Below, one piece after another: positions 25,879-36,790 of a stretch of 64,000 nt of DNA (positions are counted from its first letter, which is position 1; every line of letters begins with the position of its first letter). The stretch spans positions 236,918-300,917 of the forward strand of contig MU619261.1 in NCBI GenBank assembly GCA_025201805.1. Direction: 5' to 3'. The position numbers and the translations under genes are program-made. The stretch comes from Parasitella parasitica NRRL 2501 (Eukaryota; Fungi; Mucoromycota). Below the pieces are notes generated by a model. It made no database searches and was not told the DNA's origin. It saw only the letters and a program-made list of their open reading frames with translations.

Positions 25879-26136
25879 TAAAAGTGTCCATTATATAATG
25901 TTCCATTTTTATTAGGAAAGAAAAAAGGAAAGTTGGAAATTGCTAATTCAAACTTCAAGTAGTTGTGCTGCTTTAATAGATAAATTTGGAACAGCCATCC
26001 CTCACACGATATTATCTTTCCAGTTTCACTACAATATTCTTTCAATAATACAAAAGTGAAAGCGAACATTTTATTTACAATTAGAACTAAACAATTGATT
26101 AAAATATGGTACAAGGCTATTATAAGTGTAATGAGA

Positions 26137-26646
26137 TTAAGGGGCATGCGCAACGACACGTACGACCACAGAATCAACGGTTTGCAAATACTTATTTTGA
26201 CGTCTGACAGCCAACAAGAGAGAGGTGCCATTTTCTGGGACACTGATAGCAGCAGGGGGTACAACAAAAGGGAAACTTGTTTGATTCATGGGACCTCCAG
26301 CTAGTGTATCGGTCTTGTCGAAAAAGAATATGGCAACAGTTTCACTGGGGGCGCCTTCTTTGAACGTAACATTGACTCTTTCGCCAACGTACCAAGTGGT
26401 ATTAACAGTAGGAAATAAAATTTCTATAACAAGCATGTCAGTTAGAATGCGCTTCACATTGAAGAAACTGCATATCTTCTACTTACGTCCTTGGCTATTG
26501 CTAGTGACAGGTGGGGCACTATTTAATTCAGCAACATACATTTTCGCAATTTCGAAATCGTCCATGTTATTGTAAGGAATACTTGTGGATGATGCGAACG
26601 AACATAACAAGGCAAATGCAATGGCTAAAAGTGCTTGGAGTTTCAT
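26137..26646 (-). CDS. Small secreted protein with Kre9/Knh1-N-terminal-like beta domain
   Basis: Exon 1 MKLQALLAIAFALLCSFASST... (signal peptide); intron ~26424-26486; exon 2 QILFPTVNTTWYVGERVNVTF...FPFVVPP. Confidence 0.7.
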
Positions 26647-27087
26647 TTTTTGCTTTTGATTTTTGTTTTTTGTTTTTTTTACAATGGGTTATTTGAATGG
26701 ATACCGATTCTACGCTGGGGTTTATATACGCTTCAACAAAATCATTATCAGAATGTGAATCCAAAAGCCGTCAAAATAGGATAAAGATATAGCCTGAAAC
26801 ATGCGCTATAGCATCATTTGCCATGCAATTGAAGGGTTACTCGCAAATGGTGATAGGTTCGCCTGATTTCATTCATGTAAAAAAAAGAAACATGGAACAA
26901 ATTTCACCTTCAGTTTTATCTTCTCGAGTGGCCAAATTTCAGTGCCACACTTTTGTGCAACTTTATATTGTTTAAAAACAGAGATAGAGTTTGGCATGGC
27001 GTGTGAGAATCGGTTTATTCATTCAAAATGTGTGAATTCGAGAGACAAACTGTGCATAGCCAAGGGGAAATAAAGGAGAGGGATTCT

Positions 27088-27779
27088 TTAAAGTTCGTAT
27101 CCAACAAGAACATAACCTGTTTCTTGGCCGTAAACGGCAGGATCGATCATTTCAAATCCAAGATACATGAAAGCACGCAGCATGGTGCTTAATGTGTCTT
27201 TGTAATCATGGCGATCAACCGCTACAACCAAAGCACTACAGCCCGTTTTTTCCTCGGCAAGTTCAATCAAATGAGTGATACTACATTGCATCATGGCTAC
27301 ATGTCAGTCTACATACGCTGTAAGGCCGAGTTTTTCCTTACCATGATTGAAATTCGCCGTCAGCCCAATTCAATAAACCAGCATTTGGGCCAACAAAAGG
27401 AGAGCTGAGAAAAACCGTGTCATTGTAAATAAATGCTTCACAAGAGAGTGTTCTTATCTCTGGAAATCCTGTTCTGGTCGTCTTGATATTCAAAGTCTCA
27501 TCAACCTGAGCGTGGAATATGCTAGTTTGACCAAATATTTGGACAATAAAGTCATTTGTAACTGTCCATGTTTATGGTTGTAATGAGCCACACGAAGTTG
27601 TCAGAAGCGTTATACTTACCATTACGACCGTTTACAGTGACAAGATCGACTGCAGTTTCTTGTAAGTTTATTTTTGCATCGTTGTTGTTGTTTTGGCTAC
27701 CTGTAGTGGTAGAAGAAACTGATGTCATGGTTTGTAGAGGAATTGGTAATTCCTTTTTTGCAGGACTTGCTATAATCAT
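27088..27779 (-). CDS. OAZ: Ornithine decarboxylase antizyme family protein (3 exons)
   Basis: C-terminus FQSCITHLIELAEEKTGCSALVVAVDR...MLRAFMYLGFEMIDP...YVLVGYEL* is the ODC_AZ domain. Introns 27562-27619 and 27281-27341 give one continuous frame from ATG 27779. Confidence 0.85.
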
Positions 27780-28126
27780 GGACTCAAGGTGTTGAACTGC
27801 TTGCTACTGTTACTACTAATACTAATACTCCTACTGCTACTACTGCTGCTGCTACTACTACTGCTACTACTACTGCTACTACTGCTACTACTACTACTAC
27901 TACTGCTGCTGCTGCTACTGCTGCTACTACTACTACTACTATTACTACTACTACTACTAGTACTGCTCGAGGGTATTATATTCTTTTCTTTGGTGGCCTT
28001 GGAAAAGATGGTGCTTGAAGCGTAAAGAAGGATTACCGTGTGTTTATCCAGTGCTGTTACTCTATTTCCTTGTAGGTGTTTCGCTGTTTTGGTTGTTTGT
28101 GGCGTTAAATGGTTAGCACAAATCAT
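27776..28126 (-). promoter_or_regulatory. Candidate 116-codon poly-Ser uORF whose stop overlaps the antizyme start (CCA-UGA / AUGA)
   Basis: ATG in acaATG context at 28126; ends ...TLSP* with TGA 27776-27778 overlapping ATG 27777-27779. Confidence 0.45.
27804..27968. repeat. (CTA/CTG)n trinucleotide microsatellite
   Basis: About 55 imperfect triplets. On the minus strand they read poly-Ser (AGT/AGC) in the uORF frame and as TAG stops in the antizyme frame. Confidence 0.95.
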
Positions 28127-28680
28127 TGTATAGCATCATGTAGATTACCTGTAAAAACACCTAAAACAAACAGAAATATAAAAAAAGGGGAGGGTCAAGG
28201 GTTTAAAAAGGCTGCAATGAGTAATAATAATAAATAAAAAAAAGTTTGAAGGATAAGGCTTTTCTTTCTTTATCTGCGTATAGATGGGCTGTCTTGGAAG
28301 ATTGACGATAGTAAAAGAAAAAGAAAAGGCTAGTCTTTCGGTTGGTACAGAGGGCTGTCGCGCTTAGGGGCGGTTCAAGTGTTGTAAAGGAAGAAGAAGG
28401 GATTTGGGTGAGAAATTTTCATCGCCTATTTATACGCACTACACGGAGTGTGCTTAAGCAACTAATAATGCCAGCGTAAATAAGAGCACTCGTTCTTGTA
28501 TCACATTTGAATTGGGACTATATGCAGCAATACAATTCATATATCGTGTGTCAAGTTTAGAGAGCTGCATGCATCGCTTCTAGGCACTCCCTTTTTTTTT
28601 TTCTTGAAATGAACCCACAAGTACATATATATATATATACTCGGTTTCTGAAAGCCAGGCATGCCGTTTATTGCCGTTCA

Positions 28681-30051
28681 TCACAATAAGATGCTTCTTT
28701 TAAACACTCGAGTCGAGCCATACTGCAGCTGCAGGTTATTAACAATATCAAGGAGCACTCTTTCGTTGGAGACTGCTGTTAGCGCAGTAATTGGTGTGTT
28801 TGGGTATATACTTGTTATCTTTTCGGCTGCTCTGAGGTATCCAAAGTGAAAATCTGTACCCCATTGCGAAACACAGTGTGCATCCTCCAGCACAAATCTT
28901 GTGATACGTCCATTCTGATGTAGCTGTTTGATGTCTAATGTACATTTTGAAAAGTCGTCAAATGTCATCAAGTACACTGTCGGCTTCTGCAGTGCTTGGA
29001 CAATGGTTTGCTTGAATTCCACAGTGGGGATCCACCAGTTTCTCTTGAGGTTTCGGAACCTTGTTACAAAATAACTCTGCACCTGTTCTAGATTGAATGA
29101 CGGATTTGTCTCTTTCGCGAGCAGGGATGAAAGCGATGGCACTATAACGATGGTAACAAGAAATGGATTATGCTGCAAGGTAGCTGGCAGCAAGTAGCAC
29201 ATATCTCTTGCTGGTCCAGACGGCATAACAATCAAAAGGTTTTCATTGTCAAGATGGGCATATATCGAATCTAGTTGATTGGCCATGAATGCTTTTTGAT
29301 GGAACAGTGCTAGCCGCTCTTCGATTCTTTGCTGTTGGGGTACAATGAACGTTTTGTCGCTGTCATCAGGGTTAGGGTCGGCCGATGTAGGAAAGCTCGT
29401 TTCGCTTTCCCATTCATTCGAAGCATCAAAGTAGAAGGCATCTTCGCTCATGGCACGCGTTACAGATGACCTACTAGGACTGTTTAAAGCTCCATTAGGT
29501 ATTTTCTCTCGATTGCTTAATTTCATATGCCTAATACGAAGCTGTTGGTTTGCTCATATTAGTCTGTATAGCAAGATCCTTTGATGGACTAATTTTACCT
29601 TGGCTACAGGGTCCATAAAACCAGATTTTTGATGGTCAGCGTCCACACCAGCCGGTTGTTTTTCTTCTGAAGGGATGGTTTCAGGCTCCTTGTCTACCAC
29701 AGACCTTGTATCAAATTCTAACAAGGTGGAAAGTTTGCCCTTACCGTCTGCTTCCATATTTGTCGCCCAAACACAAGGATTGTGTGCCTCCTGCTCTTTT
29801 AATGCTCTGTTGCGTACTGTTCTATTGGAATCATCTTTTTCATAATCTAGAGTATAGTATAAGATCATAGCCACCATCTTGTACACATGTAATTAATTAC
29901 TTTCAGAACTCCTCGCCAATTTGGGTTGTTCGTACGGTTTCGTGGCAGAGGCGTGCCACACCCTTGTTTTGATTGCAATAGGAGTAACAGCGTATGGCTT
30001 GACTGTGTTCTCATACCAGGTCAATTGCTCCTTGTAATTAGTGTTCATCAT
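28681..30051 (-). CDS. Truncated RecQ/Sgs1-like protein with degenerate helicase motifs (pseudo-helicase)
   Basis: RecQ-like motifs F..NQLDSI, IVMPSGPARDMCYLLPA, VTIVIVPSLSSL, RFVLEDAHCVSQWGTDFHFGY and PITALTA; ends right after the first RecA lobe. Introns 29847-29900 and 29542-29598 keep the frame from MMNTNYKEQLTWY. Confidence 0.8.
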
Positions 30052-32899
30052 GTTTTTGTTTATAGAGAAGAAGCAATCAAGTTGATTTGTTCGTTTAAGC
30101 TCAGTTTTTGGTCCCTTTGTTACACGTAGCCTCATAAATGCTGTGGGGCACGATGATGGCCAAATGGCATTTTACTATCGTGGCAAAATTTGAACATAGT
30201 GTTTCATCTACCAAATTGTACACTTTTATACCAGAATTTGTGATTCAGTTACGCCACAAAAATAGATAAAGGCCATAATTGGCGTTGAAAATAGGCTCGT
30301 GGTGTTACTACTGAATGCATAAATGAGTTGTATCTCGCTCGAGCACCTAGAAATATGCAAGTTCATATTATGCCGACCCTAGCATAATGCCATTGTGTAT
30401 AAATACATCTACAACAGAATGTATCCGTATTAAAGTGTAATTCTTTGGCAGACTTATATTCTATTTGACTTTTGACATAGCATTGCGTATAACTTTTGAT
30501 ATACACATCACACAGTGAAAATTAAGTAACGCTCAGATAGCCCTGATCATGCCTGTTTAAATCAGATTTAAAACAGTCGAAATTTAGTTTTGTGCGAAAA
30601 ATTATAAGCGTTAATACGTATTTCTTGCATGAAAATTACCGTTTTTTGATGAGAAAGTTGTATATAATATGTATTTTTTTTTGGACAGGAATATATCTAT
30701 AAGATAGTGTTAATTTTACGGTTACTTGAGCAGAAGTTACGATCAACAGTTTTCTAATTATGGAATCAAAAACTATGCTCGCACATAACTTTTGGTATAC
30801 GTGACATGAGATAATACTTTTATAATCAGTGATTTTTACTGGCACAAGCGTCCATGATGTCCTTCGATCAACATCCACCAGGCTATCACTCGTACAATCT
30901 CGTTCATATCCATCTTGTCTATTTTCACTGTTGCTTTATAATACGTTAGCCAATCTTTCACAACGTTCTCGTTTGCGCTTCTGATTTCAGATAATGTTGT
31001 TTCGATTGTGGTTTCGTCGTCTTTCTTTTTTTCATTTAAAATACTTCCTTTGGAGATGACATTCTTCATCCCATCCCCTGCCTCCATTATAATGCGTTTT
31101 TATGTGCAGTTTCATTGTCTTTCCATTTACCTTGAAACACTTCTTGTCAAGTTGCCATGCCCTCGTCTTTGCCTCTGCTATGTGACAATGCATTTTGCAT
31201 GGCGGGATTATTGTTATTGCCTGTGCTTTCTAATATTCTTCGTCTGAAACAAAATCCCTTCTGGAATGAAATAAAGCCTTTTATTGTCATATCATTAATC
31301 GAATTCCACGATTTAAGCCTAAAAGAACACTCACATTAAATCTAGGCATAAAAAGTATAGCTGGGTATTTAAAATATCTGTGAGCGATTGCATTCCTGAT
31401 CAAAGTACAATCTATCACAATACAGACACTCTTTATATCAAGCAATACTTGATTATGCTCGATTTCAGGATTCGATAAAGCATCTGCTCATTAAAGTCGC
31501 AGTTGCATTAATTCTATAGATATAAACAAAAATACCGAATCCCGAAACCCATAAAAAGCTCTGTTGCTTTCTCAACCGAATATAAAATGCATCGTAAGTT
31601 CCAGTATTGTATCGAAATTTCAACTGTTACCCTGTAATGAGAGAATGCCAATAATAGACATTCTTCTTTGTGCCTGTAGAATAGACATGTTCACAGATGA
31701 TGTAACTATTTCACAAATCGTATGAATATAGCTATATTCTCTCCTTCAGATTTCTTTTAGTCAAATAAAGTTAAAAGACTATAATTGTATTTTCTCGCTA
31801 TGTGTTTATTTCTTATAATGTTTATTTTTATCATAAAATTATACAATTTTATTCCACCTTTTTCTATCCAAAATAAAATCATCCTGCAATACTTTGCGCC
31901 TGACTGGAACTGCAGTATATGTCGTGGTAATCCTCATTTTACCAAAGTTGGATGTGCGAAAAAGAGACTATGGGATATGAGCACGGCTTTTGACCACTTG
32001 CCGCAAGCCACTTTGAACAGACTCTTGCATTGGATATTTTGTATACTTTTGACATGCTTTTGCCGTTAAAGTATAGCGCATTGCAAATATACTTCTCTTT
32101 ATGCGTTCCTTTTTGTTTTTTTTTTGTTTTTTTTTTAAAAGCCAGCTACAAAAAATGTCTTTTATCCATGCAGAACGCACGTACCCTTAAGTGTGGCAAC
32201 CTTGCTTGGTGACTCAAATTAGTATTTGCAGACTTTTGACGTTGGCAGGCAGAACTCATTAATAAGCTTTATCGTATTTTTAATTGAGAGACCATAGAAG
32301 ATGTAATCAACAAATGTAAGTCAAGTCGGGAGCATCGACAGAAAATCAGGTACTACAATGAAAAAAATAACACCGACTGCTGTCAATCTTGCATGAATTT
32401 GCAAATATACCCAGTTTTAGCTCGCCAGACCTAGCAGTATTAAGTGCTTGAACATAGAACATAGAGCATAAACAATTCACTGTTGGATTAATGCATTTGA
32501 TATGCGGCTATTAGTACTAGGTATTTCTTGACAAGTGCTAAACGGAAATCAAAAGCAGTACATTAGCATAACATTGTTGCAGAAGGAGGTTATATGTACT
32601 ACTGGAAAGTCTTCAAATGCATACAAGCAAGAGTACACTATACTCGGAGATGAAGATGCTAATAAAGGGTTGCCATTGTAAGCGATACGTGAAATGTTAC
32701 CAGCTGCTTGATTGATCTGGTAGATCAAGGGAAATGAGAACGCGGCTGCGCTGTCAAAGGCATGAAGAAGATACATATGCTTATTATACACCTGTGACCA
32801 TCCTGGCAGTCATATCAACTCTATAATGGTGCAGAGTCTCTTTTTTTTTTCCCTTTGTTTCTTCACGTTTCTGTCAATACTTGAATAAGCTTAAAACTG

Positions 32900-34494
32900 A
32901 TGTCTTTTCAACGCACCCGGACGGACAAACAAGCTAGGAACGAGGCACAGCCTGATACAGGTTCCAATGATGTTGAAGAGCTATCAATTAGTGAAAGCCT
33001 TTTAGGAGACGTTCACATCGATTTCGGACAAGACGACCAAGATCCGGTATTTGATGAGGCCTTGTTGCAATATTTGGATCAACTTCCTATCGCTCCACCT
33101 CCTACTGAAGCCAAATACAGTCCCACTTTTGTTGAAATGGTGTTGAGAGATATACAAACCTTCAAAGAGGAAGCAAGCATTTATGCAGATAGAGGGTCTT
33201 TAGTTGACTTTGAAAAGATGGCTTCAGACTATGCGAGTGTGAACGATGAATATACGGTTGAACAACCGAGACGCCAGCAAGAACAAGAGCCCAATGATGA
33301 ACGTGAAGCTGGTTTCCCATTTGCCTATAACGAATGTCTGCAGTTTCCATTTTCAGAACAAGCATCTTCCGAGTACTCGGCCGGACTCTTTGATCCAGTA
33401 GCCTTTTACAATGACCAGCAAGATATCAACCATACAAATGAGAGCCTCCACTCAATGGTAGACGTGAATGGAGGAGGCTTGCAACTCGCATCCACCAATC
33501 AATTACCTGCAGACTATTTCGATCTTTTAGCTTCTCTGGATGATCAGCAGCAACAAAACCAATTACTTTATGACAAGCAGCAAAGTAATTTTTACAATCT
33601 GTTGTTTGAAGACAATTCAAAGGACTTTTCGTCATGGCTCTGCTTTGAGGATGACAGTGAGGTAACACGATTCAAGGTATATTATGCGTATAGATTTGAC
33701 TGATATTAAATTACTAATATATACCAAAGAATGGCGTGGATCCTTTACTTGCCAGTTCTCATCAAGAATCCGTTATGGGATGCTCCTTCTTTCCCGAGTA
33801 TCCTCTCGAACTAGCAAACCTGATAGATGACGATCGTACTGCTGCTCGTGCCCTTCACGATGAAACCCACCCAAATCCACCTGTTGACACTTTTAAGGAT
33901 AATCAGAAAATTGAAGAATTTTTAACTCAAATGGAGCGCACCATTGATCAAAAGATCAAAAATGTCAACAACAACAACAACAACAACAACATTAACAATA
34001 ACAACGATATCTGCAAGACTGTACACTCGGAGCTACTTTCAAATAACAGCGTACCATCGCGTATTCCCCCTTTTCCACAACAGCAGCATCACCGAAAACA
34101 AAGCATAAAAAAAGAGACAAGTCGCAAACCTATTCCAGCTGTGCATATCTCAAAAGCCGACTTTATGTCTACCGAGGCTCTTGCTGCAACTACTGCATTG
34201 CAAAAAAAGCGATCCTCTTTGCATGATGACGATGATAATCCGGAATATGGCGCCAGTTTTTCAGATTATATCATTGGCACCAGCACGCCTATTAAAACAA
34301 ACAGACACCTTCCCCCTGTTTCCAGCAGCAAAGTACTTTCGGATGTTGACAACCAACAAGAAGTCGGCAGTTCTCTGTATTTTAATACGCGGAGTCGAAG
34401 TCGTAGAAGCGAAAGCACTGTTAACAGCAGCAAAAAACAAGGCAAGACCGAGACCGCAAAGCCTACTTTTAACTTGACAAGGAAACGCCATTAA
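32900..34494 (+). CDS. Hypothetical acidic/low-complexity protein, two exons
   Basis: Two adjacent long ORFs separated by an intron-like segment at ~33660-33730. No domain recognised. Confidence 0.6.
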
Positions 34495-34643
34495 CGATAC
34501 CAACAATAAAGCCATCGATACATATTGAATAAAAGTGTAGTTTTATTATGCTGTTATTTTTTTTTGCGGTATTATATAAATATATTATGTACATTTGTAA
34601 CAAAAATAAGTCTAGATTCTGCTGTAAAACTGCACCAGCAGCT

Positions 34644-35681
34644 TTAATTCAACCTCCAATTAACAATAGATTCATTCAACCCACAATATTCCGGGCCAGT
34701 TACATCATCTATGGCGACATGGTTAGACAAATGCTATTGTATACGAGACAGCGTAATTTTACCCGAGCTATATATTGAACCGGATAGGCCATATGTTTCT
34801 ACCAGATAATCCCACAAAAAGGGGGAAACAATCGAGAACCCTCCTTTGAAGTTACCGCGTGGTCTTGAATTGGGATTCAACTTGCCCTCCCTTTCAGGAT
34901 CATCCAATTCATGGTTGGCAATCGGCCCTGTTCCGATTTTACCATCACATAAGCGTAAAAACCACGAAATCAACCAAATTCTCTCGATGAAATAGTACTT
35001 TTTACCATCAGAAACGACCGACGCTCGGTCTGCGTGTTCCGCATAGAGCTGCCTTTCGTCCATACATTGTGTTCTCCTCGCCATAGCCAGCTTACCTTTT
35101 TCGCTATCACGAGTGAGTGTCTTCAAAAGTGAATCGACATAGAGTGCTTCACTAGAGTCGCCACGAGTTTCGCCGAGCAATCTCTTACAGTCAAAACAGT
35201 ACATTTGCAACACATTCATACGGAACAAAATGCCATGGCCTTTGGCAGATTTATGGTAGCTATAAGCACAATCCTTACAGCGATTTCTGACATTTCCCTT
35301 CCAGATATACAGACAAAGGCCAGTGTCTTTACAATTCGCTCCACAGACGGTGCAGTTCAAGTTTTTTTCCAGCCAATTCAATACCTGCTGGTATTTTGTG
35401 ACATAAGGCGCCAAGGTCGTACCAGTTACATGGCATACATGAGGACACATTTTGCAGTTTTGAGGGTCGGCGGATTTGCGAGAGTACATATCTTTCCAGT
35501 CCTCGGTGGGGAGTTTGTAGGTGATGCCATAGTGATTGTACAATCTCTCTTTCCATACAATGTCGCTGTGTGCGACAAGAGCAAACTTGCGGCACACAGA
35601 TGAAAAGCTCTTGAGGTCATCCTGTGCAAGATGGCCTGCGACGATGATCAGGAGCTCGTTGTTTAGTTCAGCAAAACGCAT
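34644..35681 (-). CDS. F-box protein with ZnF-UBP-like zinc finger and C-terminal DUSP domain
   Basis: F-box MRFAELNNELLIIVAGHL..DDLKSFSSVCRKF...W; CPHV, CTVC, LCL, C..C, H....H, YCFDC; DUSP-like YFIERIWLISWF..GPIANHEL..FSIVSPFLWDYLVETYG. Intron at 34709-34762. Confidence 0.8.
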
Positions 35682-35881
35682 AGTTTGAAGAGCAAGGAAA
35701 AAAAATTGCTGCGACAGGCAAGATTTATAAAGAGGTTCTTGCTTTGTGACGACCAGCATTTTGCTGTTTGATTCGCCCCTGAGTGGAGCCCTGTATTTTA
35801 TTTAGAAGGGTATGATATGCGTCGTTGTAAGTGCAATACAACGAAGAAATGAAAGTGGTATAGCTAAGAAATGCGACAAGG

Positions 35882-36790
35882 TCATGACTGCAGATGGGCT
35901 GTTGACATGGCAAACTCAATGGTCCATTTCTGCTTTGCTGCACAGCCGACAAGAGCTTGTTCGTCTTCATCGCTTTGATCGCTGCTGTTCAGATCAAACG
36001 AGCTACTGCTGCCATTGGCATGTTTGCCATAAAGTCGCACACAAGATATACTGCAATAATGCGATTCCAATGGGATTGTCATTTTGCTTCTAAAGCTATC
36101 CAGTAGAGCATTGACCCCCACAGCGTGAGTGACAAAAATAAGCACAGAATTTGGTTTTGTTGATTTCATGCAGTGGAGGCGCGTATCTTCAAATCGATGA
36201 ATCATGTCTGCGTATCGTTCAGGGTAATTAAAATCCACGTATTCAGATTTGTAGGCATAATCGATCTTTAAGGGGGGCAGCATGGCATCCAAGATTTGCT
36301 TTTTGGCTGCCATTGAGTAAGTGAAGGCTTGCTGTCTTGCCAGCTTTTCCTGCTGACGAGTAACAAAGTGCCCGGCAGAACATGACACTGAATCGAAAAA
36401 TCTCTCACACATCCACTCGCCCAGACCCAGATCGATTCTCAAAGTGGGAGGATTTTTTTTCTGCCTGAGCCCTTTGATAATGCCAATAGACGTATCGATG
36501 CAGCGCTGAAATGGAGAAGTGTATATCACAATATCGATGCTGTCTGGATCCAAGCTTTGCTGATTCTGCATCAGCTCGAGCATCCAGCTGCCTGTCTTTT
36601 CTGCCTGAAGCATCCCTTGTTTTGTCGCGGGCGGATCCCATATTCCAAGCGAAGGGTCTTGAGGCTGCCACAATTTATCAGCATGATCTTTTTGTTAAAA
36701 TGTCAGATCTTGTAAATAGCTTTGCCTTAAATTTATACCTAATCGTTCCCCATGGCGCACGATGAAGGCTGTCGGTATAAAGGCGGCCAT
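35882..36790 (-). CDS. Histidine phosphatase superfamily branch 1 (phosphoglycerate mutase-like) protein
   Basis: MAAFIPTAFIVRHGERL|DH; DPPATKQG; IYTSPFQRCIDT; GLGEW; VTHAVGV. Intron at 36688-36738. Confidence 0.88.

Noticed and set aside
27789-28025. Poly-Leu ORF on the plus strand
   Set aside because: Antisense reading of the trinucleotide microsatellite.
30636-31339. Short minus-strand ORFs that look coding-like
   Set aside because: No consistent spliced model or recognisable motif; probably a decayed gene or repeat.
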